Of a stretch of DNA of 64,000 nucleotides, positions 36,184 through 50,328 are shown piece after piece. Source of the DNA: Rhizodiscina lignyota (taxonomy: Eukaryota). Made by a program: the position numbers and the translations under genes. The notes under the pieces were generated by a model. That model searched no databases. It was not told the DNA's origin and worked only from the letters and a program-made list of their open reading frames with translations. Position 1 is the first letter of the stretch. Each line of letters starts with the position of its first letter. Location of the stretch: the NCBI GenBank assembly GCA_010015805.1, contig ML978125.1, positions 930,001 through 994,000 on the forward strand, read 5' to 3'.

Positions 36184-37746
36184 TCAAACGCCCTCTCCGT
36201 CATCCCTCGCCCACAGCTTCACCGTGCGATCATGCCCACTGCTCACAATCCACTTCCCATCAGTCGTCACATCCGCGCTCAGCACGTTGCCCGAGTGCCC
36301 GCTCAGCGTCTTACACAGTGCCCAATCATCCGCCGAGAAGATATTGACATTCTTATCAAACCCGCAGCTCACAAAGAACGTCCCCGCCTTCTTCGGCACC
36401 ACGTCACCCTTCTCGTCCTTGTGTACGCCAACCCCCGACGCTGGCCCATCCGTACCCTGGAACCAGCGCACGTCCGTCACGCCACCCTTGTGCGCGCCGA
36501 TCGACGCCAGTTCGCGCACCGCGCGTACATCCCAGCACTTGACGAAGCCGTCGCCACTGCCGGACAGCACGCGGTACCCATCGACGCCCCATTCTAACGC
36601 GTAGATGGGTGCAATGTGGCTGTCGAGGTACATGACCATGCGGCCGGTTCGCAAGTCCCAGATGCGACCAATACTGTCAAGGCCACCGCTCGCGAGCAGA
36701 GCACCGTCTGAGTTGAATGCGACGGTGTATACTTCACGTGAGTGGCCCTCTTGCAGGAGGAGTTCAGTGGTGGTATTGATATCCCAGAGACGCCAGGTAG
36801 TGTCGTATGATGCGGACGCAAGGAAGCGGCCTGAGGGATGGAACTCGGTGCGTACGACGCGCCCGCTGTGGCCAGAGAGTGTGGAGATTGGGGTATCGGA
36901 CTCAAGTGACCAGAGGTTGACGTTGCCTTCACCGCCACCAGAGGCGAGGTTCACCGTGGAAGAGGAGACGTCGGAGGAAGGGAGTGTAGCACCAGGGTAC
37001 CAGGAGATGCCACCGACGCGGTCTTTGTGACCACGAAGGAGCTTTTTCTGTTCGAGGTTGGGCACGTCAAGGAGACGAATACTGCCACCCCAATTTCCTG
37101 CTGCGATGATGGAGCCATTTGGCGCGAAGCGTGCTATGCTGACTGGACGGTCTGCTGCGATTTGCGAGCCGTACAGGTCGAAGCCTTGTAGTTTCTCTTT
37201 GATCGCTTTCCGATGTTTGATATGTGTTCGGAGTGGTATTGTGGATTCGAGCTTCTGGAAAGCTAGACGCTCTTTTGCCCTCGGTAGCGAATATCGTGCG
37301 ATTTCTCTCCGCGTGTATAGCAGCTCTGGAATGCCTTCTGTGTAGAACTCTTCCTCCGCCTCTTGCTGTCCCTCCTCTCCTTCTCCCATGTCCATATCGC
37401 CATCACCATCGACTTCATCCACCGCCTCTGCCTGCACCATGAGGAGCTCTCGCAGCCTGTCTCTTCGATCCGCTGGGCCTTCCCCAAAAAGTGTGATGGG
37501 TTCACCCAACTCGCGTAATCTTGCGCGCACTCGTCCATCGTCCGTAGGTACAGCAATTTTCGCCGCTTGTCGCTTCCGTGAGAACTGAGAGAGGATGGCT
37601 GAGGCTTTCTCAGACGGTACGCCGGCCGCGCCTGAGGGCATGAGATAGTCGTGGTCGATGGGCACGCTTGCCAGGTCGATGCCCATTTCCTCGTCCTCAT
37701 CGTCGCGGATGTCTTCGACTAGCGCCTGGCGCGATGGGTGCATCAT
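36184..37746 (-). CDS. PRP4: U4/U6 snRNP protein Prp4 (SFM plus WD40 repeats)
   Basis: 520 aa. [37 protein letters not shown]4 motif and WD40 repeats ([23 protein letters not shown]). Confidence 0.95.
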   Translation of the reverse strand: MMHPSRQALVEDIRDDEDEEMGIDLASVPIDHDYLMPSGAAGVPSEKASAILSQFSRKRQAAKIAVPTDDGRVRARLRELGEPITLFGEGPADRRDRLRELLMVQAEAVDEVDGDGDMDMGEGEEGQQEAEEEFYTEGIPELLYTRREIARYSLPRAKERLAFQKLESTIPLRTHIKHRKAIKEKLQGFDLYGSQIAADRPVSIARFAPNGSIIAAGNWGGSIRLLDVPNLEQKKLLRGHKDRVGGISWYPGATLPSSDVSSSTVNLASGGGEGNVNLWSLESDTPISTLSGHSGRVVRTEFHPSGRFLASASYDTTWRLWDINTTTELLLQEGHSREVYTVAFNSDGALLASGGLDSIGRIWDLRTGRMVMYLDSHIAPIYALEWGVDGYRVLSGSGDGFVKCWDVRAVRELASIGAHKGGVTDVRWFQGTDGPASGVGVHKDEKGDVVPKKAGTFFVSCGFDKNVNIFSADDWALCKTLSGHSGNVLSADVTTDGKWIVSSGHDRTVKLWARDDGEGV

Positions 37747-38020
37747 TTTGGCGGTTTGCTGTAGAGAAAGTTGTAAGTTGTAAGTTGAAGGTGGTAAGGC
37801 CTAGAAAAGTACAACGCCAGTGATGAAATGATAGGGTTAGGGTTTGGGGGTTGGCGTTTAGGGCTGTTGATTGGCCGGTCAATCGTCCACCTTGGATCTC
37901 CTTCAGCCTCCTTCCACCGTGGAACTCCATGAAAAGCGATTAATACGCCGAGCTGGCATTTTCACGCCATGTTTGGATTCTTGCCCACTGCACGCTTTCC
38001 ACGGTTCGTCTTTTCGGACC

Positions 38021-39410
38021 ATGGCTGACTTCCTTTCACGCCCTCCTATTGCTGAGGAGTTTGTTTTCGATGATTTCATAAACGATTCCGAACTTCTACC
38101 AGATGCGCTCGCCAACGACCCTTTCAATGTCGAAGTTGAATGCGCTCATCAGCAGAGTCCGATGGACACCTCATGGGAACATTGGACGAACGATTATCTA
38201 TATCTCGGACTGAATGCTGCAATTGCAACCGAACAAGAGCAGATAGACTTCGCTCCACGAAGAGATTCTTTTACCAACTGCCTTGCTTTGGTCACAGAAG
38301 CTGAGGATACTTTGGCTCCTGATCCACTGCCCATCTCTGAATGTCCTATAATTCTTGATCTCCCCGATGCTACGTGCAATGGGGAAGTGGCGGCAACCGG
38401 CGAGACCTCGTTCCAAGCGGACGCCGGCGTGCGAAGAAAAAGACGTGTGGCTTCACAAGCTCTGCAAAAGTTCACATCGAACCAGACAGGGAAGTGTGAT
38501 ATCACATGCTACAAGCACCGGCGGCCGCAAAGGAAGAAAACGATACTCACGAAAGCATCCATCGGAAACTTCAATCGAAGGGAAACCGTCTTCTCAGTCA
38601 CAGAATCGGAAAGTAACGTACTATTGCACGGTTTGCAGGAAAGGGTTCAGGGGTTGCTATGATTGGAAGCGCCACGAAGCTACACATTTCGACAACATTC
38701 AGAAATGGATCTGCATGCCAGAAAACACGGCGATTCATAATTCAACGTGTGCTTTCTGTGAATCACCTCAGCCAAACTCAGAACATTTTAAGGGCCACAG
38801 AGTTCACGATTGCCTTCAGCGCCCGCTCGCCGAAAGAACATTTGGGCGGAAAGATCTCTTGAAACAGCATATAAAGGACTGGCATTTGGACAAGAAACCT
38901 CCAATGGACCAGAAAGGGCAGGATGAGATCTTAGCTCGCTGGTTCAAGGACACGGATCCCGCAGAGCTAAGCGCGAACGGCCTTTGGTGCGGGTTCTGCG
39001 AGACGATACTACACACTTTGACCGAACGAGTCGATCATATTACGGAACACTATCGGAATGGTTGGCACATTGTGTTGTGGACTACCCTAAGTGATGCTTG
39101 CATAGAGGGTGACCGTATGGAGGAATGGTGCCTCCTTTGTTACCTACGGGTGCCAGTTTTTAATGCACATATCGTCCGAGTCACGCTGATGCGCCACAGT
39201 TTCCGGCATGAGAACGACATGGACTTCCTGGATCATCTACGCAACGTACATGCCGTCAACACTGACAACATCGATAATGTGGCTTTCACATGCCCTCTAA
39301 CTTGCGGCCACTGGGATAAAAGCTTGGTAATTCAAAACCCATTTATGGGCATAGCTATTGCGCACTGGGTCTTGATCAAGCGGCTCAAAGTCCGGAAGCG
39401 AAACCTTTAG
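38021..39410 (+). CDS. C2H2/C2HC zinc-finger protein (5' structure uncertain)
   Basis: Frame 38355-39410 has YYCTVCRKGFRGCYDWKRHEATH, WIC...CAFC, RTFGRKDLLKQHIKDWH and WCGFC...HITEH. An overlapping upstream frame from ATG 38021 encodes an acidic N-terminus. Confidence 0.7.
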
Positions 39411-39822
39411 TTTATGTTGTACTATACGGGGTTGAACAAAGTGCGCTTTGGATCCGATATTGCGAACGCCATGTTCAGGTTATTGTAGGTGCAAATTCTG
39501 CTTCGAGATTTCCGTAAAGATATCTCAATTATATCTTCTTGTATTCCGAAGCCTGTACACAGGAAGAGTAACAAAACGCAATGAGTGACAATGTCGTGAA
39601 GCCTGGTTTAAGCAGCTACAGCTTCCTCACCAGCAACGGGAAATCCGTAGCATTAATGGTCTGAAAGAAAGTATTTCAGCAAAACGCCGTCATGCCAACG
39701 TCCTAAAACACCATCACATCGGAGTTGGAGAGACAGTATTGTTAGCTCGTGTTGCGCAGTCGCTACAGTTGGCAATAGCTTTCGGTACAGTTCCGAAGGA
39801 CTTGGAGCTGAGGGTGGTAGTT

Positions 39823-41937
39823 CTAGGTGTCTGAATAGTACGGCTGGGGGGAATCAAAAGCCTTCGGCGTCTGAGGGCTATACACAGTCTCCATTGGCGT
39901 CGCTGGCACCGCCTTGTACTTCTTACGCTTAATCATGAAGATACTAATGATTCGTGTAGTCAGTCGCTGGGTTGAAAAATGGCCAAGTTGAGGGAAAGAC
40001 ACAGTCGGAAGGGCGCAAGAGTAGGGACATACCAATAGCATCCTGTAACCAACGCGAGGAATGCCGGGACACCAAGGCCAATGCTCAGCCCAAGAATCAA
40101 TTTCTCGTTAACTCCGGCGGTAGAATCAATCGTGGAACCATTATGATGCGAGAAGTCCGGCGAACTCGTCGGCGGAGGTGTATAAGAAGAGGGCCTTCCG
40201 GACGTTGAAGCCAGCTGTTTTGCATTTGTTCCGAAAGGGATCGTCGTTGAAACGCTATTCGATGTTGAGTTGGGATAGCTGGTGTCAGTTCCAGACGGCA
40301 CCAGAGTGGTCAGCGCAGTGGTATATGTTGTCCTGGAAGCTTAGCGTCAGCTTTACATAGCAGTAAGATAAAGAGCATGTGCGGAAAGTGCCATCTCTTA
40401 CGTTGCTTGTTGGGATGCCGGGCAATTGATCGTTGACACCATGCATGATACGCCGGTATACGTCACTGTTGTGCTGACCTCCATAGAATTGTCTCTTGCA
40501 CCAACGACTCTGGGCATCAAGCCACCAGAAGAATCTGCGCTAGTAGACGTGGTTGTTGCAGATACGGTTTTTGTCTTCGATGCCGCGCAAACATCGGCGA
40601 GTGTCGTGTAAAAGATGGCCGTCGTCTTGTCGATATTCGGTCCCCACCTGTGGGAATCGAGAGCCAGAGTCGCTCCAGCCGCTGCACCAAGGCCAAGTGT
40701 ATATTCTTCGACAATACGTAGCTCGCAGCCGCTGCTATCGCCTGCATTGGAGCCAGTGACATGTGTCGCGAACTCAGCAATGTCGGCATAAAGACCTAGC
40801 TCAACACCGCCGCTAGCGCTGAAATCCCCAATATCCTTGGTCTCGAAGTCCATTCCGATATGGCAGCCTAGCTTTAAAAGGGCTGTGATCGTTCCCGAGC
40901 CGTGTATTTGGACGGGGAGAAACTCGAATTGGCCGCCGTTCCTTTATTTCAAGTATCATTAGCAACAACCGACTATATATCTCACGGCTTCGCAATTTTT
41001 AGGGTAGACACACATAATCAGATCAAGCTTGTCAGTATCAGGCTCGAATAAATTGAGGGTAAAGCCGAGTCCATCATTCATCAGAATGTGAAAGCCGCTT
41101 GAAATGTCAACGTCCGCATCCACCGAGAGTATCAGGTCAACAGTAAAGATTACGCCGACCATGATATCCTCGCCTAAGCTGAAGCCAATCGGGGTGTCAG
41201 ATGAGTAGATGTTCAAACTGTAGGTCGCACCAGCCGTCAGCTGAAGCTCAATGTCCATGTACAGCTCTAGCCCATTGAAGTCGAGCTCCATTTGGACATT
41301 TGAAATCCCGCTGATATTGTTAACATTGAAAGTCTCATTGAGAGTTGGGAGCGCTGGTATGTTCTCAAAGCTCAAGGAGGCTATGTCATCAATAGCTGCT
41401 TCGACGACGGACTCAATCTCGTCGACTGCCTCGTGCCAAACATTCTCAACATAGCCTTCAATTCCAGACTTGAATGTGCTCAAAGCCTGAGATGCGTTAA
41501 AGTTGCCATCAGTCGTGAGCGTTGCTACAACGTCGGACTTGATGTAACACGTCTGACAAAGGATTTTCACGTCGTAGTTCGCAGTGGCGTTCCCACCTGC
41601 GACCTGGCCGGACGTCGAGCTGTAGTTTTAATTAGACAAATTAGACACTCATTCAGCACATAGTAGGAAGAGCATGAACGTCTGCGTACCCGCTATGAGT
41701 ATATATGACCCCGTTTGTCCAACTTTTCCCTAAAGATATCGTCTTCCGGATGGTGCTATCTCGTTTAAAGACATTGGGGGCAGGGAAGCCTCGACCAAGT
41801 ACTCGAAAAGAGTTGATATCAGTTGCCCCACCGGCACTACGTTCATGTACGACAATATTTGACGCGGACGATCCCGAGGCTATGAAGCAGACACTCAGTA
41901 ACCAATGAAGAGCGTAAACGAAGGAGCGGGACACCAT
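39823..41937 (-). CDS. Multi-exon type I membrane/cell-surface protein of unknown function
   Basis: Signal peptide MVSRSFVYALHWLLSVCFIA, beta-rich ectodomain (CQTCYIKS..., GGVELGLYADIAEF), Ser/Thr-rich stalk, TM LILGLSIGLGVPAFLALV and a basic stop-transfer KRKKY. At least five introns. Confidence 0.75.
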
Positions 41938-43206
41938 TGCGAGTCCAAAGAGAGCAATCTAGATGATACTAGTAGGTTAAGGTACTTATTGGAAAGATGA
42001 TAATCATCCGAGTAACTCGGATGCTTCCCTTCGTCTTTACCGCAGATGTATTGTGGGCATACTCCAACGTCTTATAGCAAAGTTCCAGCTAGCCCTTGGA
42101 TCCATAACTCTTCTTGAACGAGGCTGCGGACAAGCAGCGGAGCCGCTTCGTTTACTTTGTCCGCCGCATCTTATCTGGTGAGTTGCAGTCTCGAAGTATG
42201 CAGGTGCGGGCGTTGATGCATGACTTTGACAAGCTTGTAATCCCATAGCCTTGTGTCGATGGTGAGAACGGACCTGCATGCGAGCCGTGAAACGAGCCAT
42301 AAGGCAACGGCCCCCAACAACAAGAGAGTTTTATTGGAATGATTGAAAGAAGCGTATCAAATTGGTTCTTTTGAGCCCTAATGTTGTTCAGCTCAAACGT
42401 GCTTACAGTGAAATGCAATATGAACAACGCCACTGCGGCACAGTCGAATTGGAAATAGTCCATGTACGTCCAAAGTCGGTCTGTTCGTCGAAGCCAGCCG
42501 ATCCAAATCATACGATAGGACGAATCCTTCCGGGCCAGGCTGTCCTAAAGGAGGAGCCCACCTGCACCGATTATAGTAGACTGTATGTATGCAAGAATCC
42601 GCGGTCAAGGTCGTCATGAGCCATTGAGGCTTGCAAGAAGGCTGCGTTTACTTTATGACCAGAACCGACGTGTCATATCCGTCAGCGTAGAGCCTTGAGG
42701 ACAGTACATAATCAGGCTGGAAGCGTTAATGGACAATAAGACGAGGATGAACATGTTCTAGATGATAATGAAATTATCCAGTTAGGAAAGATTTGCTCCG
42801 AAGGGTAGGAACTCTAATGGAAAAATTTCGTTGGAGTTTTCGAGGTCACGTGGTTTGCTCCCAAATCCAATGCCGGATTGTGAAAGTACCGCTCTCTAGG
42901 TAATTGGCATGTTATCAACGCTTTTCTGACATTAAAGGTGTAGGTCTGTAGGATGTTCAGAGCGCATGTTACCTCTCCGCGTCGGTGGGAATCTTCAAGA
43001 TGCCAAGCCAATGATGAAGGCGCGGGAAGGGTGACACGAGCTCACCGAATTCTGAAAAATCCTCCGACAACTTTGTAATCTCCGTACCTTCTTTGCTTTG
43101 TCTATCTGCATACGTTGAACATTTCGCCACTACTGTCCTTCTCTTCCTCTCCGTCTCTCATGTTCTACTCCAGGAGCGTCTTTGTCGCGCTTCTTGCGGT
43201 GCTGCT

Positions 43207-44451
43207 ATGGTTCGCCCCATATCAACGCCTATAGTAAGGACGCTCAGTAACGTAGCTGGTCCCCACCCGTTCAGGATAGCATTTACCTCGCCGCAATTCA
43301 AGTCCACCGCGTTCTATCAGTCACTTAATACCACCTCCATGCCGTACTTCCGCCGATACTTCAGCTCGAACCCTCCTCAACATCAGCCCACACGCTTCTC
43401 GTACGGCTTATCCGCGTCATATTCCGCGAAGAGACAGCGCCTTGACCCCGAAAGAAACCTATATACATTCGATCCGTATGTCAGACTTAAGAAGACTGCG
43501 ACCGAGCTCCGCAATGGGCCGAAGGACAAGAAGTCACGACCGCAGAGTGGGCAGGACGCGTTCTTCATCAGCAGCGTTGGCGATACCGATTCGATAGCAT
43601 TTGGGGTAGTGGATGGCGTAGGCGGATGGGAAGAATCGGGTGTTGACCCAGCAGACTTCGCCCATGGCCTGTGTGACTATATGGCAAGCGCTGCTCGCAC
43701 ATTTCCAGAGGGGTTCAATACGTCAGAGGCACGGCCGAAAGACCTTCTGGAAATCGGATATCTGAAAGTCATGGAGGACATGAGCATCGCGGCGGGAGGG
43801 AGCACCGCATGCGTCGCCACTGTCGATAGTGCAGGGCATCTTGAGGTCGCTAATCTGGGCGACTCTGGCTTCATCCACTTCGGTCTCAACGCAGTGCGTT
43901 ACGTCTCCCCGCCGCAAACGCACGCCTTCAACACACCTTACCAGCTATCGAAGCTACCACCGAAGATGCTCGAGCAGATGAAGCTCTTCCAAGGTGGCGC
44001 CAAACCCTTCGCTGAACACCCCGACGACTCTGCCATCACGGACCACCAGATGCGCCACGGCGATGTCCTGATCTTCGCGACTGATGGGGTATGGGACAAT
44101 CTGTCTCCCCAAGATACCCTTGAGATCGTGAACCGCGTGATGGTTTCTGCAGGGGCGTGGGTCGAGTCTTCTGACGGAGTAGAAGTGGGTGAACCACTGC
44201 GGCGACTGTCGAAGCGTGCGGCGGGGCAGACGAGCAATCGAGACGAAGTTAACTTGACGGCTGTACTGGCGCTCGCGATCACTAAAGAGGCGAAAGAAGC
44301 AAGTCTTAATACGAAGCGCGATGGGCCGTTTGCGAGAGAGGTACAGAGGCTGTATCCTGCGGAGAACTGGCGAGGTGGAAAGGCAGATGACATTTGCGCC
44401 GTTGTAGCAATTGCAATTGAAGAAAAGGCGCAGGTGCAATCGAAGCTGTGA
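43207..44451 (+). CDS. PTC7: PP2C-family protein phosphatase PTC7/Azr1-like, probably mitochondrial
   Basis: SGQDAFF, FGVVDGVGGW, GGSTAC, ANLGDSG, QTHAFNTPYQLS, ATDGVWDN and GGKADDI motifs. Arg/Ser-rich presequence. Start codon uncertain. Confidence 0.9.
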   Translation: MVRPISTPIVRTLSNVAGPHPFRIAFTSPQFKSTAFYQSLNTTSMPYFRRYFSSNPPQHQPTRFSYGLSASYSAKRQRLDPERNLYTFDPYVRLKKTATELRNGPKDKKSRPQSGQDAFFISSVGDTDSIAFGVVDGVGGWEESGVDPADFAHGLCDYMASAARTFPEGFNTSEARPKDLLEIGYLKVMEDMSIAAGGSTACVATVDSAGHLEVANLGDSGFIHFGLNAVRYVSPPQTHAFNTPYQLSKLPPKMLEQMKLFQGGAKPFAEHPDDSAITDHQMRHGDVLIFATDGVWDNLSPQDTLEIVNRVMVSAGAWVESSDGVEVGEPLRRLSKRAAGQTSNRDEVNLTAVLALAITKEAKEASLNTKRDGPFAREVQRLYPAENWRGGKADDICAVVAIAIEEKAQVQSKL

Positions 44452-44959
44452 ACCATATGTTGGCATTATCTGCCCTGTATGTAGCGGACCTCGTTTTGAG
44501 CACGGCGTCTGGTATTGTAATTGTGGGCTGTATGAAGCGGGCATTCTCAGCGTCTGATGTAGAGGTATGAAGGGCTACGCTGTACTGTTTAGAAGTTATG
44601 TATTTCTAGATTACTTTAACTGGATGAGTGGCGCATGAGACGGCTTGGGCGTCGGAGGCTTGCTTATCACATAGAGCATAGCGTTAAATTCACTCTTCAC
44701 TGACGGCTCCAGTGTCTGTCTGGAAAATCGCACAATGAAAGCAATATCTATTCATCCTATACACACGCCGAGCCCCAAACCCCCATGCAATTTCCAAGTC
44801 GTAAACCACGCCAAACATGAGTCCAGCTCGCTTTTCATAATGAGTGACTCCATCTCATCGAGCGAGAGCGAGAATCTAGGCTTACATAGTGGTACACCTC
44901 TTCTTTTCATCCTCAGCCAGCCTAATCATATGACTTTGAAGTCGCAAGCATGGATCCTT

Positions 44960-47900
44960 TCAAACCTCCTCATCGCTATCCTCACCGAGCAGCTCTCCCT
45001 CATCTGCATCAACAGAAGCATAATCGCCTCTTCCTCTTGCAAATGAACTCCGACTCGTATACGTCCTCCCACCATATCCGCCACTAAATGCACCCCTTGC
45101 ACTCCTGAACAAGCTCGCGGCAAGCAACGGTACTGCCGCCAACACTGCAATAACGGCACTGACTGCAGCAACAGGCCACTGCACCCACTTGCTACTCCCG
45201 GTACCAGTACCAGTGCCGAAGCCCATCCCGTCACCCAGCCTAATACGTCCGAATTTGCCATCCCAGTTCCTCCAGACCCAATATCCCACGCCCGCTGCGG
45301 CAGCAATCGGAAGTGTGATTGCGAAGAATAGCGCGACACCAGATATCTTCTTCTTGTCCGCGTACTCTTTCTCGTGACCGGGGCATGGGTGTGAAGCACT
45401 GGTAAGGTCCATCTCCATCCCACCCTCGCACGTCGAGATAGGGATACGACGGTAACCCGTGATCTCGTAGTACTCCCAAGCATCTTTGTTGTCGCGACAA
45501 ACTTGCATTGGATCAGCGGGTTTGAGGCCCTCGATGAGGGCGCAGGAGCCGTCGGACTGGCGCTCGAAATTGTAGTCACTGTGCGGGTAAGATTTAGCTT
45601 GGCAAGATTTAGAAATATTAATAGAGCAGAACACTTACCACTCGAAATCACGGCGCGTACATGTGCAGTTGCGCTCAATCTCGTGAAGTTTGTGGATCAT
45701 GGGCCCATTGTAGCATTTTCGGTCGAGCTTCTTGCGGTGGTACAGCGCAACATGGCCGAACAGGCACTCGGTATCTTGATTCGGATGCTTGGGTTCCCAG
45801 AGGTAGTAATCGTTATCTTCTGAGTCAGGGTTGTCTTCGTCGAGCCTGCACTTGTCAGATGTGAGGCCAGTGAAATCGACATTGATGACGAAGTTCGCTC
45901 CCCACAGCAGGAAATTGCGAGAGTTGTCGCTCGGCACTGTTGTGATGGCGGTGAGATCGACATCGCGGTCGCTGAAGGTATACCTTTCCCATTCCGCGCC
46001 TTCGTTTAAGGTATAGTATAAATCGCGGGTGGATTTTCCTTTCTCGACGATCACGACAATCGAGCCTTGGTCGCCATATTCCCACATGTAGTTGCCCTTC
46101 CTGATCGCCTTCCACTTGACACCGCCGTCCGTGGACATGAAAGTTTCGGTGTCATCGTTGGACAGAAACTCTCCAACCGTGCCGACGCCCATGACAAGGC
46201 CGATAGCAGACGGTGAAGCGTACGTCAAGCGCGGGTCATCTCGTTCACTGTATCCGTGAAGATGAATAGAGCACTTGTCAATGCCGTCAGATGCGCACTT
46301 GTACTTGTTCCCCTCAACGTCTTTCTCTGGCGCCGGGATAAGGGCCCAGTCGGCACCATCATTGTGTGTCATCTTCGTCTTCAGCTTTTTCCTCGAGCCT
46401 TTGTCGACCTCAGGTATATTAGCGACAACGTTGACGATCGCAACGCCCTCAAGCCCAGACATTTTCTCGAAGTCGACATAGCCGTCTTCATCTCTGTTAA
46501 CGTCTTTGATTGCCATTACGTAAGATGTACCGTTGCTGTTGCTCTTTATGATGGTACCATATTCCTGTCCAGGAGCTGCGTTGACCGTGACGTGCATGAA
46601 GATCGCATGAGTAGAGCTATCCAAGACAGTGTAAGCCTGCTGGTGTGGAACCTGGAAGCCTGGCGGAAACATTGCAGGAGCAAAAGTGCTACCATCAACA
46701 CTGGTGTTGACCTGCAGCCACTTCTTATCCTCGGTCTTGGCCGCAACGACAACAAATTCGGACATGGTTGCGAAATTGACGACATCATGGAATAGTTCTG
46801 TCTTGTGCGCAAACCAGTCATCGCTTGAAACCAGATGCAACGGGGCTTCAAGATCTTCGTCGACATGCTGCTGACATAGGACACGCTTTTCTGAGCCAGT
46901 TCTGGAGACAAACTGGCATTTCTCGACATAGCGAAGAAGCGTGTTCCAGTCTTCGCCGCCTTTCTGAGTGACGTGCGCAACTGTATGGCAGTTTGGATTG
47001 GTAATGCCTCTGCAGTCTTTACCGCCGATCCAAATCAGCCAGTCACTCTCGTCAGGATGAAACATGAGAAGCTGTATCTCCTTCCGCGGTGGGGGCCCTT
47101 CAGGCGCTGTAAAATAGTGGAAGCTCTTTCCGCGGTTCTTTGAGTAGTGGACCTTCTCGGAAGAGGTGATTAGGTAAATCGTATCGGTGTCGTATGTGTG
47201 AGGGTAGAGGCCGATGACATTGTCCTCGACGCCTTCAATATTACTCCATGTCTTGCCGTGATCATGGGTGATATGAGCGACACCGTCGGAAGTGAGAGCG
47301 ACTATTGTCTCTTCTACGTCCTGGTCATCCTCTTCCTCAATGAGTCGCTCAAGATAGAAGTATTGAAGGACCTGCTCCTTGAAGGTATGCTCTTTGTGCG
47401 ATATCTTACCACTGGCAACTGGCGCCTTCGTGTCGCTGCAAGGGCGTTTGATAGGATCATCCTTCTGTGCTCCACTCTTTCTCTTGCAATCGTTTCCAGG
47501 GATGAGACGCCAGCCAGAGCTACCCTCAAATTCGTCTTTCTCATTGGAGCAAGCATCTTTTGGTGGAGCAAGCGTACCAGCCGGAACACACTCGTTCTTC
47601 TCCCGGTCTCTGCGGAAGTTGTAATCGCACTCGAAATCATCGTCAGTGCATTCGCACTGCTCGGGTTCTGGTAAAGCTTCGTTGAACTCATTCTTCACCA
47701 AGCAATCTGCATCAGCCTTGCGCCTCCGGTACCTCTGCTTGTGGCCCATGATGCAAGTCGGCTTGCCGTCCGAGTCAACACGGGCATACCAGTCCTCGAA
47801 ATCGCTATCCTTGCATTCTCGCTTGTCTGTTCCCGAAAAGTCAATAGAGTATATCCAGAACTCATAGCCTTTGGAGGTGTGTCTCAAGCCGCTGAGGACA

Positions 47901-49489
47901 AACTTCAAGCTGGTGGAGTCAGGAATTGTCGTTAGCTCGTAGACCTTGAGCTCATGATCATCTGGAAACTTGACTGTATCCCAGTCCTTGCCGTGGTTAT
48001 AGGAGTATGCGAGCCTGTCCGTATCGCCCTTGTCTACCACAGCCACCACAATGGAGCCTTGGCCGCCAAACTCGTACAAGTGTGGTGAGTCTTGGGCCTT
48101 CCACCAGGTAACACCGGCATCATCAGAGGCGTAAAGATCACTGTCATCGTACCGCCCGAGTTTTTTACCCATATTGCCATTTCCAAAGACAAGTCCTGGT
48201 GCGGGGCTTGAAAATATCTTTCCATTCTGCTTCTGCTCGGTGACTGAGTGGAGATGCAATTTTCTGTCTCCGACCTTCATGAACTCGAAAGTACGACCGT
48301 CGTCAAAGCTAATGTGTGATTCCACGTCCTTGGGTATGATCCATGACATTTCTGCGTCCTTCCAGTTCTGTACGGTGTTCACGAGGATAATGCCCTGGAT
48401 ATCCTGGATCTTTTCGAAATCGACAATGCCAAACTCGTTCCGGTTGGTGTGCTCGATGTTCTGGGTGAAATAGGTGCCATTCGAATTGCTGCTGAACAAG
48501 ACGCCAATGTCTGCGCGATCTTGCGTCTTTACATCGATTTGGATACTGTAATTTGTCGATTCCAGCACAGTGTATGCGTCCTCTTCGATCCTATGCCCTC
48601 CGAATTCCCCGCGATGCCAGGTATTTGTGTCGTCTGTAATATATAGAGCCAGTTCTCTTGATGTCTCTGCCTTTGCAGCTACAACAATATAACCCTTCAC
48701 AGCAGCCATATTTGCCATACCATTGACGACGCGGCCACCCATCTGAGGCTCGATCGAAGATTTGAAATAGTTGTCAGAAGTCAAAAGTCTGTATTCCTTC
48801 GGTAGAGGAGAGAATTGGCCTTTCACTACGCAAACGATTCGGTTCTTATCCACCGTGTCATCGCCAGTTGTGAAGCGCTCGGTGCTCTTCGCCCAGAGGC
48901 AGTCTTTGCGTTCAACATCGAGTTCGTGGATGGATTCAAAGCCGTCTTCTGTGTACCACGTCTATAGAATAAGTTAGTACTTCAGTCAAGATACTCTAAT
49001 GTCATCGCAAACACATACCCTCCCCAAACATCCTCCTGTGAAGAAGTCGCATATTTCCATGCCCTGAAACAGCACTCGTTTGCTGTCTGCAGCATGAAAC
49101 TTAATAGGAACCGTTTGGCTTGGGTGTTCTGATGTCTTGAAGGACTTCCACGTCTTTCCTTTATCATATGTGATCCAACTAGTCTTTGCCCGTCCCAGTA
49201 CGACAGCAACTTGCTTGTCCGTCGGATGCTGGAGCATAAAGTACGGCTCTCCGTTTGGAAAGTCTGGTATCTTCTCCCACTTGTCGCCCGCAGCTTCTGT
49301 TCTCCAAATCTCACTGTCGCCTATGCCTGGCGACACAAGCGACAGAGCAACCTCGGAGTCGTCGAAGAAGAACATCATCTGTGGCGCTTGGTCGAACTTT
49401 TGGGGCGTAATCTTTGGCTCGCCCCCTTTTGCGAGGACGGCCGCGCTGGGCCATAAGGCCAGCAGGAAGGCCAGATATGGCAGTCTCAT
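44960..49489 (-). CDS. VPS10: Vacuolar protein sorting receptor Vps10/Pep1
   Basis: Three exons. Signal peptide, two Vps10 beta-propeller domains with BNR boxes (SFDDGRTF, SDDAGVTW, STDGGVKW), Cys-rich CTDDDFECDYNF, TM segment, and tail with YTSRSSFARG and LLGEDSDEEV. Confidence 0.95.
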
Positions 49490-50328
49490 CGTAGTACCAT
49501 TTGAGCGAAGTGAAGGTGGAGGGTTGTTGTTGGAAGTAAGTAAGAAGGCAGAAGCAGCACTTGACACCTTCGCTACTGGAGGTCTACATACGCCAGCGGC
49601 CAGGCTGACAAGGATGTGACGCCTCCTCCGCGGATCTTATTGCGCAGTGTGCCAGCTCTGTTACACCACTCCAGATGTGCATACTATTCGGCAGTTCGAT
49701 TAATGACCGCATGCTTCATGTTATACGGTCATTCTGGCTGTGCAGCTTCCTCCATCGCTGTGGCTAAGCCTCTCCTATTTACCGCAGTGCTCTCTCACAT
49801 CCAAAACATTATCTTCGACCATGTGAACTGCCGCGTAAGCAGAGCAAGTATGAAAGATAACGACAAATACGTTTATTCCGAGGCGCGAATACGCGCGCAG
49901 AAGTGCCGCCTAGCTAAACAACACGTTTCGTAAACAGCTACAGGGTCGGTGCGAGAGGATTGAGCTGGCTTCTGTACCAATCGGACCGGTGGCCCAGAAA
50001 CAGTGACGACTAGTGGAGCACTCTGGTCGACTTAGTCGCGGGCATCTGTACAGACAAACCCAGCTCTCTCACTGCACCTATTGAAGACGTCAAATCACAG
50101 CTGTAGAGTGACAGAATGCAACCTTGCTTATACTGTTCGATTGAGGAGATCTGGAGTCTTATCATACGCTGTCACTCTGCTCTAGCTCTATTGGCCCCTT
50201 CCCTACCTGCTTGACTATCGTACATATATTTCCTCTCATGCTCTCTCCGATTACTCCCTCCGAATCTCCCGAAAGCAGATCTCTTTCTGTCAACCCTTTC
50301 TTCAAGTCAGGTGTCCCATCTCAGAACC

